From Desulfurococcales archaeon (GTDB lineage Archaea > Thermoproteota > Thermoprotei_A > Sulfolobales > WANQ01), in contig JALVFK010000132.1 in NCBI GenBank assembly GCA_027030065.1, forward strand, positions 8,977 to 72,976: 64,000 nucleotides of DNA, written 5' to 3'. Position numbers and translations under genes: made by a program. Shown here piece after piece: positions 26,057-36,627 of this stretch (its first letter is position 1; each line of letters opens with the position of its first letter). The notes beneath the pieces are model-generated. The model saw nothing but the letters and a program-made list of their open reading frames with translations. It searched no databases and was not told where the DNA came from.

Positions 26057-27832
26057 TTATTTACCCACCTTTATATGGACTCCGTAGTAGAAGCCACTAT
26101 TTACTACTAGGTCACGGATCCTAACTAGCTCGTAGATGTTTACTATTCGAGTTATGTTATAAAGGTTCATTCTATTTAGAGTCTTCATTAGAGATATGGT
26201 GCCCGCTTCATCTTTACCTGTTAATATTATTATATCAGTATATTTTTGTTGTTTGTACTGTGTCTCATACAGTATGGATTTATGTCTTATTTCAGCATAT
26301 ACATAGAGCACAGGGCTTGATAATCTCAAATCACTGATTATGAAGGTATTATTGTTTAAAAATTCCTCTAGACTTGTACCAACATTCCACTCGTATTCTT
26401 TTGATATTCCGAGAACTCCCAATCTGATATTGTATCTAGGTTCCTCTTGGATACCGTAGGATGCTAGAGCTAGTATTATGAGCCCTACGAGGAACACTAT
26501 AGTCTTTTTAGAACGTGCGTATACATATAATATGGTTGAGGCGTAGGGTACGTAGAGTGCAAACAACGTATAGAGGTGTGTTATACCTAGACCAGTCAAA
26601 TTACTACCAGTTATTACGGCGTATGATATACCTATCACAGTGATTATTAGAGCGGAAGCAATGAGATAATGTCTTAATATCACTTTCTTTATGTTGAGTT
26701 TGTCTCTAAGTAAGTGTACTACTAATACAGCTACTGCAATGGACACACTAAGGGACCATGCAATAATTAAAAACCATGAACCCTTTATAGCCTCGTACCA
26801 TGAAATATAATGTGATATTACTCTATTGCCGCCAAATAATAGGGATGTTATAACAGATATGTAGTTCAGTATAGTTCTTATAAGCATACTCTTTAGGACC
26901 GCAGTATAAATCCAGTATAAAATGTTTAATATCACTAAAACTATTAAGTAGTCTTTTAAACTTCTTCTAAAAGAAACAAGTACAGCTAAGAACAATGTCA
27001 AGAAGACGAAGTATAATGGATGAGTAAACACGCCTACTATTGATACAAGAATAAATAGGAAAAATACTAGTCGGTTTTGTGTAATTTTTCCTTCAAATAG
27101 TAACGATAGAATATATAGAGATGTAAGAAATAATATCACACCGATAACACTATTGGAAAACGTTATGTATACATAGTAGAGTTCGGGTGTTATGATAGCC
27201 AACATGGAGGTAAGAACAAGAATTAATGTGTTTTTAGGTAGGACTATCCCTATCTTCTCACCTATTAGATGTCTTGCTATAACCAATATAAATAGCATGA
27301 ATACTATTGTTATCAATACACCCCAAAAGATCCTTGACGAGAATAAATCTAATCCTATTATATATCTTGTTATGTAGGCTAAGAAGGGTGATACGTGGAA
27401 TTGTTGATAATAATCGTTATCGAAAAGTTTGTAGGGCTCCCAACGTCCCCACGAAGCTATATAATTAGCGAAACCGAAATATCTTCCTTCTTCAACTGTT
27501 GGTAAGGATTTGCCAACTTTTAGATATATGCTAGCTGGTACTAATATGTATAGTAAAGCTGAAGCTAATACAAGATTAGAATTGTTGATATTAACCCATC
27601 TAATTATAAAAACTAATAGTATAGCACTCAATGCTAAGAGTATGAATAGGGTTTGCCAAAGAGTTGCAGCAAAGAACAATAGAGGCGGTATAAGCACCAG
27701 TAGATCCAATAGCCTACTACCTCGTTTCCCTATAGCAAAACCACTCCGAGAGGCTATTATAAGTAGGATAATGTTTATAATTGACAATCCTGCAGCCACA
27801 AGTATTAGCTGTAATCTAAAACTCAACATCAT
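26057..27832 (-). CDS. Large polytopic membrane protein with C-terminal soluble domain (candidate glycan polymerase/GT-C-like)
   Basis: 591 aa, more than 12 hydrophobic helices, sited inside the glycosyltransferase cluster. No diagnostic motif recognised. Confidence 0.4.
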   Translation of the reverse strand: MMLSFRLQLILVAAGLSIINIILLIIASRSGFAIGKRGSRLLDLLVLIPPLLFFAATLWQTLFILLALSAILLVFIIRWVNINNSNLVLASALLYILVPASIYLKVGKSLPTVEEGRYFGFANYIASWGRWEPYKLFDNDYYQQFHVSPFLAYITRYIIGLDLFSSRIFWGVLITIVFMLFILVIARHLIGEKIGIVLPKNTLILVLTSMLAIITPELYYVYITFSNSVIGVILFLTSLYILSLLFEGKITQNRLVFFLFILVSIVGVFTHPLYFVFLTLFLAVLVSFRRSLKDYLIVLVILNILYWIYTAVLKSMLIRTILNYISVITSLLFGGNRVISHYISWYEAIKGSWFLIIAWSLSVSIAVAVLVVHLLRDKLNIKKVILRHYLIASALIITVIGISYAVITGSNLTGLGITHLYTLFALYVPYASTILYVYARSKKTIVFLVGLIILALASYGIQEEPRYNIRLGVLGISKEYEWNVGTSLEEFLNNNTFIISDLRLSSPVLYVYAEIRHKSILYETQYKQQKYTDIIILTGKDEAGTISLMKTLNRMNLYNITRIVNIYELVRIRDLVVNSGFYYGVHIKVGK

Positions 27833-28968
27833 GTTAATTCCTCATATAGTTTCTCAAGCTGATCTACTTTTTTATCAATAGTATGTTCTCTAGCAAATAC
27901 ACGCGCACTATAAGACATTTTTCTCGCTAATTCTCTATCAACTAATAGTCTGGTAACTGCTTCTGCGAGATCTTTAACATTGCCTGGTTCCACGAGAAAT
28001 CCCGTTATACCTGGTTTAACTAACTCTCTTACAGCACCTACATTGGATGCAACGACTGGTGTTCCAAGGGCCTGTGCTTCAAGTAATACGTTGGGCGTAT
28101 AATCACTTATTGAAGGCAATACGAGTAGTATTGCATGCGCTATTGTTTCAATCTTTTCTTTTTCACTGACAACGCCTCGGTACACTATGTTTGCATCAAG
28201 ACCGTAATCTAGTATTCTTTTCTTAACGGTTTTAAAATATTCCTCGTCTCTCGATCCTATCAGTATCAACTTAAAAGATAGTCCTCTATCTCTAATCATA
28301 TTTAATGCATCAATTAGTAAGTGAATGCCCTTTCTAGGAATAATCCTACCGACGTATACTATTGTATTATCTTTATCTTCAAACTTATAGTTGTATTCGA
28401 GTAGACTCTTGTCTATGCCTGGAAACAATATTTTACGCAATCTCTCCTCGTTGAACCCTTTCTCCGCGAACCACTGGTACTCTAAATCAGTATGAGTTAA
28501 TATAACATCTATTTTCTTCTCGAAGATTCTTAAAGCTCTTACAACTAATGGGAAAAAGAGTTTTGAGGAAAGATATTCGAGCTCAACTGCTGGGTGATGG
28601 GGCTCTAATACTATTCTAAATCTGTGTGTGCTTTTTAATCTAAGAACCTGGAAGAGAGGAGGGTGAATATTATGTAAATGTATAATCTCTGGGTTCTCCT
28701 TACTAATAACAGTCTCCAAATTCTTTAAGAGTCTTGCATAGCCTATTTTTAGATTAAGAGATTCAAGCTTATAGACTTTAACATCATCTATTACCTCCAT
28801 ACCAGTATTAGTAACACTCTTCTGAGTAACAGGATCATAAGTACTACTCGTAATAGCGACACTATGCCCCCTTCCTGCAAGTTCTTTTGCAACATTTCTC
28901 ACTATAGTTTCTATCCCACCTATTGATGGAGGGAATGGATAATAAGTTGAAACTATGAGTATTCTCAA
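27829..28968 (-). CDS. GT4 glycosyltransferase
   Basis: MRILIVSTYYPFPPSIGGIE N-terminus; LLEAQALGTPVVASNVGA C-terminal motif. Confidence 0.85.
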   Translation of the reverse strand: MRILIVSTYYPFPPSIGGIETIVRNVAKELAGRGHSVAITSSTYDPVTQKSVTNTGMEVIDDVKVYKLESLNLKIGYARLLKNLETVISKENPEIIHLHNIHPPLFQVLRLKSTHRFRIVLEPHHPAVELEYLSSKLFFPLVVRALRIFEKKIDVILTHTDLEYQWFAEKGFNEERLRKILFPGIDKSLLEYNYKFEDKDNTIVYVGRIIPRKGIHLLIDALNMIRDRGLSFKLILIGSRDEEYFKTVKKRILDYGLDANIVYRGVVSEKEKIETIAHAILLVLPSISDYTPNVLLEAQALGTPVVASNVGAVRELVKPGITGFLVEPGNVKDLAEAVTRLLVDRELARKMSYSARVFAREHTIDKKVDQLEKLYEELT

Positions 28969-28979
28969 AGCTCTTAACC

Positions 28980-30161
28980 CTAAACTATTTCTTTGATTAC
29001 TCTAATTATCTCATTATTGAATCTTTTCTCATCATATTCTAGGGCTCTCCTTAAAGCACTATTAGGGTCAAGAGGCTTATTAAGCGCCATTATTATTTTT
29101 TGTGCCAGATCACGAGCTTCTCTAAAACAGTAACCGTATTGCCCGTTATTTAAGATATCTTTCCAAGGACCATACTTGCTACATCTAACAATAGGTGTGC
29201 ATCTGGCTGCTAGTCCTTCCACTACAGCTATCCCAAAAGCTTCATGTATTGCCGGATGTACTATAATTTTTGATGAAGCTAGTTTCTCTAATACTTGGTG
29301 GCGAGGAGCATTTACATGAAGCGTTACAATTTTTTCCAAAGAATACTTTCTGATAATATCTTGTATATACTTAAGATATTTATCCGATAACTTAAACCCT
29401 ATAATACTTGTTCTCACTCCCTGCTTAAACTCATCTTTAAGTATTCTTAACGCCTCAAGAAGGTCCTCAATACCCTTCTCTGGCTGAATCCTGCCAATAT
29501 ATACTATATGATTCTCTTTCTCAATATGTGGTAGCTTATCTATTAGTTTTCTAACCTGTACTGGGGGATATAATATTTGATTATGCATGGGATTCAATGA
29601 CTTATTTATATGAGTATACGTTAAGGTAGAGTTGGATAATACATAGAGGTTATCATAGCTCCAATTCATTAAGTAATAGTGTTTAAACATTAATGAATGA
29701 ATTCGCCATATAAACTTACCCTTGAAGCTATGCTTAAACTTGAAGGGAACTAGCTCGTTTAAGAGTATACGTGCTGCGTGTGGGTAATGCGAGTAAACAA
29801 GGATTTTAGACCCTATTCTCCGGGTAAAGTATAGTAGAGTTTTCGGTACATCGTCTGAAACTATGTATAAGTCATATTTCTTATTATCTTTTGCTATTTT
29901 ACTTGCTATTAACGCTATATTGTATGGATGCGGTATTCTTTTAGGAACATTCACTACGTGCATTCTTACATTAGAGTAATCTATTTCTACATTGAAAAAA
30001 GATTGTGACTTATTCAATCCCTCCGGATGAGACGTTATAACTGTTACATCATATCCGTGATCGCTTAGAGTTTTAAGTATGTTTAGCATTACAAGGTCTC
30101 CGCCTCCAAGAAATTCGCCGTAATTGTATACTACTGCTATCCTGCTCATGTCTTCTGCCAC
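28980..30161 (-). CDS. GT4 glycosyltransferase
   Basis: IVYIGRIQPEKGIEDL, EAFGIAVVEGLAARCTPIV. Confidence 0.8.
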   Translation of the reverse strand: MAEDMSRIAVVYNYGEFLGGGDLVMLNILKTLSDHGYDVTVITSHPEGLNKSQSFFNVEIDYSNVRMHVVNVPKRIPHPYNIALIASKIAKDNKKYDLYIVSDDVPKTLLYFTRRIGSKILVYSHYPHAARILLNELVPFKFKHSFKGKFIWRIHSLMFKHYYLMNWSYDNLYVLSNSTLTYTHINKSLNPMHNQILYPPVQVRKLIDKLPHIEKENHIVYIGRIQPEKGIEDLLEALRILKDEFKQGVRTSIIGFKLSDKYLKYIQDIIRKYSLEKIVTLHVNAPRHQVLEKLASSKIIVHPAIHEAFGIAVVEGLAARCTPIVRCSKYGPWKDILNNGQYGYCFREARDLAQKIIMALNKPLDPNSALRRALEYDEKRFNNEIIRVIKEIV

Positions 30162-31273
30162 ACCAGCTCCTTAGTTTTAAGATTCCTTAGCTGAGCATAC
30201 GAAAGTATTATTTGATAGGTAACCCATGTTCTAAGAGTCTTGTTTCCTAGTGCTATAACTGTTAGTAACAATATTGTAGTCAGCAATATAATGCTTATAT
30301 TACCTAGGGCATAGAAAAAGAATATTGATCCGAGTAGTAGGAGCCACGGGTTTATGACGTTTAGGTAGAACTCTATCTTCCATATAGTATCAAATCTTGA
30401 CCTCCCCTTATATAAACCCTTTATTAAGGCATATTTCTTTGTGTAAAGGAAGTGTAAGATCAAGTGTTGGGCCCGTCTAATCTTTCTAAAGAATTCTCCC
30501 CGAGTTTTTACTGGCTCTCGAACTAATGCTTCAGGTATTTGTATTGCACGGTATCCCATGAAGGCTATTAGTGATGCAGGTGTGCTATCATTGTTTCCAG
30601 TATAGTTAGGCAGCCTACCTATTCTCTCCAATAACTTTGATCTAAACGCTACTAACGCTCCATTATGTACTGGTGTGCTATGTATTTTTGACTCGCCTAT
30701 TCTAATAGTATTATAATAATTTCGATAAGTTACCTCTATGCTCTCATTATAAGTGGTTGTAATGCTTGCAGTAACAGCTCCGACTCTTGGATCAGAGAAA
30801 TACTTAGCGATTGCTTTGAGAGTGTTTTCTCCCCAAAAAGAATCTGCATCTGTAAATACTATCAGATCTGTTTTACTGAAATCTACGTGGTCTAGTGCAT
30901 AGTTTAGAGCATGAATCATGCCACGTCTCTCCAGCTCTACGAGTAGAGCTACGTCTAAGTGTTTATTTTTATTAATCCATTCCTTTACTAGTCCTGGTGT
31001 TCCATCAGTACTTGCAGAATCAACTACTATTATCTTCAACTTATCTTTTGGGTATTTCTGCTTAACCAGGTCGTTTAATTTTTCTATAATATACTTTGAT
31101 TCATTATATGTTGGTATTATTACTGTTACATGAGGGTTATAGTCTTCCTTTATTTTCAGATTCCATGGAAGAGACAAATATTTTCTAATAATAAGGAAAT
31201 ATGCTAGAGGTATTCCGAAATGTAGTGTTATTGCAGTTATTCCTATAATTAACAATAGCATAGATATAGTCAA
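30146..31273 (-). CDS. Membrane-embedded family-2 glycosyltransferase (synthase-like topology)
   Basis: N-terminal TM, then VTVIIPTYNESKYI, IIVVDSASTDGT, FTDADSF, and C-terminal TM helices. Confidence 0.8.
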   Translation of the reverse strand: MTISMLLLIIGITAITLHFGIPLAYFLIIRKYLSLPWNLKIKEDYNPHVTVIIPTYNESKYIIEKLNDLVKQKYPKDKLKIIVVDSASTDGTPGLVKEWINKNKHLDVALLVELERRGMIHALNYALDHVDFSKTDLIVFTDADSFWGENTLKAIAKYFSDPRVGAVTASITTTYNESIEVTYRNYYNTIRIGESKIHSTPVHNGALVAFRSKLLERIGRLPNYTGNNDSTPASLIAFMGYRAIQIPEALVREPVKTRGEFFRKIRRAQHLILHFLYTKKYALIKGLYKGRSRFDTIWKIEFYLNVINPWLLLLGSIFFFYALGNISIILLTTILLLTVIALGNKTLRTWVTYQIILSYAQLRNLKTKELVWQKT

Positions 31274-31283
31274 TTACATCACG

Positions 31284-32144
31284 CTAATAGGTTTTACGTG
31301 TTATCTTAGAGAGTATTAGGGAGCCAAATCGCTTATCTCTCAATCTTTCAGTGACCTTTATGAGTGAAGTTCGAGTTAAATTATCTTTCAAAAACTTATC
31401 TATATATATGAGCATAAGTCTGGGAAGATTTATTTTCACTGGTGCTTCAACCAAGCCTTTAGTAATTATGCTCAAATATTCTAATACGATACTTACTGCG
31501 GGCAAGATCCTACTTGCTTCCGCAAGATCAACTACACGGTTATTAAACCATTCGGTTATAGTAAAGTAGTCGTTTAACGTAATTATATTTTCTTTGTAAA
31601 CAGCATGTGCTATTGTTATAAGAACTTCTGCTTCTCTATTAAGCGTTCGTATAAGTGTATCATCTACTCTTACATAAGTGGTGTTTTCTAATAGGATATC
31701 TCTATTCAAGTATATTATATTTGAAAAAGACGGATAAATATATAGGTCAACTATAACACCGTTATTATTTATAAGCGTTACACAGTAGGGTTCTACTACT
31801 TGTATATGAAAGCCAACATCTTTTAAAATGTTTATTGTTTTTACAAGATCTTTTTCATGGACTAGTATGTCTAAATCAGAAGGTACATATACTATTGGTT
31901 TAAAGAATTTTATCATAGAAACTCCTTCAAATTCTATTAGTTTTCTCCATATACTTGTCAAAGTGCTATATATTACTTTAAGCTTCTTTTCCTGATCAAC
32001 TCTCAACTCATTGTTTATATTTAGTTCTCTCAAAATGTGTAATAGTATCTTATTTTTAGCAGCATGCTCTAATATGGAGCCATCTACTATGCGAACATCT
32101 TTTCTACCGTGTACTACGTCTATTAGTATCTTGGTCTTATTCAC
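31284..32144 (-). CDS. Putative nucleotidyltransferase (NTP_transf_5-like)
   Basis: VPSDLDILVHEKDLVKTINILKDVGF matches the pattern of the uncharacterised nucleotidyltransferase family. Confidence 0.4.
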   Translation of the reverse strand: MNKTKILIDVVHGRKDVRIVDGSILEHAAKNKILLHILRELNINNELRVDQEKKLKVIYSTLTSIWRKLIEFEGVSMIKFFKPIVYVPSDLDILVHEKDLVKTINILKDVGFHIQVVEPYCVTLINNNGVIVDLYIYPSFSNIIYLNRDILLENTTYVRVDDTLIRTLNREAEVLITIAHAVYKENIITLNDYFTITEWFNNRVVDLAEASRILPAVSIVLEYLSIITKGLVEAPVKINLPRLMLIYIDKFLKDNLTRTSLIKVTERLRDKRFGSLILSKITRKTY

Positions 32145-32147
32145 GGT

Positions 32148-32780
32148 CTATAACCTAATAATATCTAATATTCTTTTAAAGACTATTAATGGTTCATCAT
32201 TTGCCCTAACCACGTTCAGTCCGAGAACTTTAGCGAGAGCTCTATATAAAGCAATCTTAAATGAAACCAAGTGTCTATACTTTCTGAAGCTTGGCTTTCT
32301 CTCAAATAACTCCTTTAAGTCTATATCAAGTACTATGGTCTTCGAAGTTCTAGCCATTAAGGATAAAAGAAATTGTATTGGAAGAAACTTTACGATATTA
32401 AAGTCATCTACAGAAGTGATTAAGTAAACAATACTATCTAGTAGATATCTATCAGCTATAACAGTCTTTTTTCTAAGAAGTGGTATTTTTATATCGAATA
32501 GAATTTTTGGTATAATGCCTAGAACTTCAATAATGATCCATATTTTATAGAGTTTCGATCTAAAAAGTACATGTGTGTGTACATTATTATCAAATAATAC
32601 TACGTGTTTTGATGGTATGATCTTATATAACACATATGCTATTGTATGATTACCTTTAATCCACGTAACCTTAGCTTTTCTTCCCTTAACTTTTTCTACG
32701 TAGAACCTTAATAATCGGGTTTGAGTGGTTTTACCCGAACCATCGACTCCTGACAAGACTATGGCCTTATTATTGCTCAA
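32148..32780 (-). CDS. Thymidylate-kinase-family P-loop protein (atypical)
   Basis: LSGVDGSGKTTQ (P-loop), ADRYLLDSIVY (DRY motif), with a hydrophobic insert IWIIIEVLGIIPKILF. Confidence 0.55.
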   Translation of the reverse strand: MSNNKAIVLSGVDGSGKTTQTRLLRFYVEKVKGRKAKVTWIKGNHTIAYVLYKIIPSKHVVLFDNNVHTHVLFRSKLYKIWIIIEVLGIIPKILFDIKIPLLRKKTVIADRYLLDSIVYLITSVDDFNIVKFLPIQFLLSLMARTSKTIVLDIDLKELFERKPSFRKYRHLVSFKIALYRALAKVLGLNVVRANDEPLIVFKRILDIIRL

Positions 32781-34279
32781 TATTTATCCTCCTTATTCCT
32801 ACTGATAATGTTTTTAATCTTGTATATGACTGTTATAACCTTGTTACTGTATGGTAGTTCTGATATAAGAGATACTATTTCATCTATATTTAAGATGCTT
32901 GTTTTAATGTACAATACGTATGATAGGCCGAGAATGATTATAGAACCTAATATGAGGGGCACATTAAAGAATAATATCGGCAACGCTATTGCTAATGGAA
33001 TAACTATTATCTTAAATACTGTTAAAAATTTAATGTGATATTTTGCTAAATAAGATATAACTAGGCTTACGGATAAGCCAAAGACAGAGCCAGTTACATA
33101 AGATAATGCTGCTCCAATACCCTTCATAATTGGTGTTAGAACATAGTATAATATAACTCTAGGTAGGTTTTGGGACATACCTATAACTAGTGTTTCATTG
33201 TATTTTCCATAAGCATACATCAGTACAGATATATTTGACGATATTATAGTCACTATAGAACCTATCACTAGAAGTCTCATTATTATTGGTGTCTCGGGAT
33301 CACTAATATTTAGTAGAAGAAGTAGCTTATCGGGATAAGCAAATAGTAAAATAAATAGTGGAACAGTTAATGCTAGAGCCATTTTCAGGACTAGAAAGCT
33401 TACTCTCTTTCTCTGATCGCTTAACCCGCTAAGTACTGGTAATGTTAGATTATATATGCTATTAGTTAGCGATAGTATTGCTAGTACAATTGTTGACGCT
33501 ATATAATATGATCCCGTTAATGATGGATTTGTAAAGTTAAATAACGCTATTACGCCTAGCCATTGACCGGATAGAGCTATGATTGTTGGAACCCAGTTGG
33601 CTAAGCCTGCTTTTATAACAACTATTGATTTACGAATACTTAGGCTGGGATATATACCAATAGAAAAAATGAAGTATATCCCCAATGCTCCGAGTACTAT
33701 GTAATATGCTATAAACCCTAAGGCCGCTCCTACCCAAGTTTTAAGATATAATGTTAACATGATTCCTACTAGGAATTTAACGGTGTTGGCTGCAATTGTC
33801 GATATTAATACTTTTACAGTCTCTAATTTTGATATTAATAGTATTTGTGTATAGTATAATAAATATGTTGCTAATATGATAGAGGAAATGTATAGTATTC
33901 GGGGTGTTATAGCGCCTATACTTATATTGTTTAACGCTAATGTTATCAGTATAATTATTACTCCACTATATATGGCTCCTATAACCACAAAGGTGCTCCA
34001 AAAATATTCAGATGCTTCTCTATTACTCTTATGCGAGAACGCTATACCTAAGTATCGCTGCAAACCAGTTATCGTGCCGAGGCCAGCTGTAGCTCCAAGC
34101 AGTAGTGCTAATCCTATACTAACACTAGTTGTGCCAACTATTTTTGTTCCAGCTATACTCGATAGAATCATCCAATACACTAGGCCCGATAGTTGATTGG
34201 TAATATTGCTAGCATACAGCCATACGCTCCTACCAATAATTCTTCCTACTAGAGCCTCCGCTTGCTCATCATCGCTCAA
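32777..34279 (-). CDS. Wzx/MOP-type oligosaccharide flippase
   Basis: 500 aa, ~14 TM helices, at the 5' end of the glycan operon. Confidence 0.7.
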   Translation of the reverse strand: MSDDEQAEALVGRIIGRSVWLYASNITNQLSGLVYWMILSSIAGTKIVGTTSVSIGLALLLGATAGLGTITGLQRYLGIAFSHKSNREASEYFWSTFVVIGAIYSGVIIILITLALNNISIGAITPRILYISSIILATYLLYYTQILLISKLETVKVLISTIAANTVKFLVGIMLTLYLKTWVGAALGFIAYYIVLGALGIYFIFSIGIYPSLSIRKSIVVIKAGLANWVPTIIALSGQWLGVIALFNFTNPSLTGSYYIASTIVLAILSLTNSIYNLTLPVLSGLSDQRKRVSFLVLKMALALTVPLFILLFAYPDKLLLLLNISDPETPIIMRLLVIGSIVTIISSNISVLMYAYGKYNETLVIGMSQNLPRVILYYVLTPIMKGIGAALSYVTGSVFGLSVSLVISYLAKYHIKFLTVFKIIVIPLAIALPILFFNVPLILGSIIILGLSYVLYIKTSILNIDEIVSLISELPYSNKVITVIYKIKNIISRNKEDKY

Positions 34280-34306
34280 ACATTATCACCGTGTTTGCCG
34301 GATACC

Positions 34307-34882
34307 TTAATATAGTGAATTACTACCTAAGCGTTTATAGTTCCTAAATAATGCCGCTATAACTAGCAATATTATGATTGCAGTTATAGTTGCGGTCAAC
34401 GGTAATATGTTTAAACCCCATGGAGAATAATTCAATAGTAAGCCAATAAATAGGAGTAATGTTATACTAAGTGATATAGACAATATTATTTTCTCAAGCC
34501 CTGAACTCACACTTATATGTAGGCTTTCTAGAAGAGAATAACCAGGCAAGTAGAACAATAAGAGTATTCCAAACATAGCTCTTAGCACATAAAATACATT
34601 TAGATTTATAAATAATAGACCTATAATAGATATTGTTATAATAATCATGTATTTCTTTGCAATACTTGTCCTTAGATAATCTACAAAGTCTCTAGCCATC
34701 GGCATTGTATCTATGTCAGACCTAGTATACATCGAATATACTTTCTCTATAGCCTCCTTTTCACTAATTTTTAAATCATTCTTAAGTTTTCTAACAAGAT
34801 CTTTAAGCCTATACCTACCGTACTCCTTTATTGAAACTGATTCTTCTGCACTGGTGTAAACGTTATTCCTTTTAACCTCCAA
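34307..34882 (-). CDS. DUF1616-like membrane protein (membrane part)
   Basis: LRAMFGILLLFYLPGYSLLESL...EKIILSISLSI pattern of DUF1616 N-terminal regions. The N-terminal ~70 aa are soluble. Confidence 0.45.
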   Translation of the reverse strand: MEVKRNNVYTSAEESVSIKEYGRYRLKDLVRKLKNDLKISEKEAIEKVYSMYTRSDIDTMPMARDFVDYLRTSIAKKYMIIITISIIGLLFINLNVFYVLRAMFGILLLFYLPGYSLLESLHISVSSGLEKIILSISLSITLLLFIGLLLNYSPWGLNILPLTATITAIIILLVIAALFRNYKRLGSNSLY

Positions 34883-34912
34883 TAAATATTACCTCTTACA
34901 GGGTTCCAGCTA

Positions 34913-35848
34913 TTGTCGCTAAAAAGGAGGTTAATAACCAATATTAAGCTTGTCGTAATGGTTCTGCTAGTAGCTACTATAATAAACCCCTTAATCCCGG
35001 CTATGAGCGCGAAAGCAAGGCCTTCTCAACTCGTATATGATATGTACGAGGAACTGGTTAGCTTTGAACGACAACAGTTGCTCGTTAAAATTAACACCAG
35101 TAAAGTAGCTTTATTATTAAATGAGATGTTGCATGTAAATAATACATCTAGGTTGAGTCTATTAGCTAATAATGTTTCAAGCTTGCTTAATAGCTTATCA
35201 AGCGAGTATGATAGCCTCTATCTAATAGAGCTTGCTAAGATAGTTTCATTTATAATGATATTATTGGTAGCTATAGTATTATTATATAAGTATAGAAGAG
35301 CGTTGGCAATTAGGGTCTGGTGGTTTTTACATAAAGATGATATAGTAGTTAAACCTAGTTCGAAAAAGAGGGTTGATACGTTACAAGAATACATAGTGTT
35401 TCTAGTAATAGTGTTGATCGTAGTGGCTGTAATAGGTGTAGCACAATATGTTCATATAACTTCAGCATCTTTTACAGAGTTACTATTACTTGGCAAGAAC
35501 AATACTTTAAGCGATTATCCCAGCATAGTTCCCGTAGGCGATAATGTTACTTTCACGATAGCGATATCTAATCATCTAGGCTATACGGGATTCTATAAAA
35601 TCCTAGTAAAAATCGATAAAGGTGAAAATAATCTCTCTGCTAGTAGTCCAGCAGCAGTAAAGGTATTGAGAGAATACTATGTAATAATTCCTAACAGTGC
35701 TCAAACCATAATAAAAGTACCAATAACGTTCAATCAGAGTAGTAGGTATAGGTTAATATTTGAGTTATGGCGCTATGATACTACCAGACACGACTTCGTA
35801 TACGATGGTATATGGGTTCATAAATGGGTAGAAATAGTCAAGCCTTAA
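34913..35848 (+). CDS. Membrane-anchored protein with DUF1616-like extracellular beta domain
   Basis: FTELLLLGKNNTLSDYPSIVPVGDNVTFTIAISNHLGYTGFYKILVKI is typical of the DUF1616 extracellular part. The start is uncertain (TTG 34913 or ATG 34958). Confidence 0.45.
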   Translation: MSLKRRLITNIKLVVMVLLVATIINPLIPAMSAKARPSQLVYDMYEELVSFERQQLLVKINTSKVALLLNEMLHVNNTSRLSLLANNVSSLLNSLSSEYDSLYLIELAKIVSFIMILLVAIVLLYKYRRALAIRVWWFLHKDDIVVKPSSKKRVDTLQEYIVFLVIVLIVVAVIGVAQYVHITSASFTELLLLGKNNTLSDYPSIVPVGDNVTFTIAISNHLGYTGFYKILVKIDKGENNLSASSPAAVKVLREYYVIIPNSAQTIIKVPITFNQSSRYRLIFELWRYDTTRHDFVYDGIWVHKWVEIVKP

Positions 35849-36627
35849 CATTAATGTTAAAACTATTACTTCGAGGGGAATTTGGTCATCCTAGAAGGCT
35901 AGCTGTATCTATCATAGTATTGTCTATTCTATTTATTCTATCCTTCACTAATACGGCCTTAATAGGCTTAGAACAACGAGTCCAAGATAACATCAGTAGC
36001 AAAGACATCGTATTAGAAACCATTATTAACAGTAGTAGACTTGTCCTCGTATGTGGGGACATAAATTTATACAATGTCAATTATACTCCAGTTAGGTTAA
36101 ACATTTCTCTTTTTAATAGTTCGAACTGTTATAATATATCTACAATAACGGTATGCTCTGTAGACTGTAATAAACGTGACATTATGGTTGAGGTCTTCAA
36201 TAGGAGCAATGGTTCTAAGGTAATTTATAACGGTATAACAAGTGTTCTAATAGAGAACTTTATAAAATCATATAATAGTATTTTTAATGTTCTCTACTAT
36301 GTAATATTGGTAATGTTCCTACTAGGTACAGGGGGTGTTTCCTATGGATTTGCTACTAGCATTAGGGAGAAATGGGTGAAGATTAACTACTGGTTTTCTG
36401 CATTAAAAGCAATTATTATAATGTCTCTTGTCTTTTCGCTATACATTGTAGTAGTGTCTATGAGCCTGGGAACAATACTATTGTATTCTATACTACTACT
36501 GTTGTCTTTCATCACGTCAACTCCATATATTAGACCTATGCCAGATATCTACTCTATACTAATAGCTCTAACAGTATCCTATGCAACTATACTCATAGGG
36601 TTGAGAATAGGTGCTAAGACAAGCTAA
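35824..36627 (+). CDS. FtsX/MacB-type ABC permease-like protein (short)
   Basis: TM1, a ~120-aa external loop, then 3 C-terminal TM helices. Confidence 0.45.
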   Translation: MGRNSQALTLMLKLLLRGEFGHPRRLAVSIIVLSILFILSFTNTALIGLEQRVQDNISSKDIVLETIINSSRLVLVCGDINLYNVNYTPVRLNISLFNSSNCYNISTITVCSVDCNKRDIMVEVFNRSNGSKVIYNGITSVLIENFIKSYNSIFNVLYYVILVMFLLGTGGVSYGFATSIREKWVKINYWFSALKAIIIMSLVFSLYIVVVSMSLGTILLYSILLLLSFITSTPYIRPMPDIYSILIALTVSYATILIGLRIGAKTS

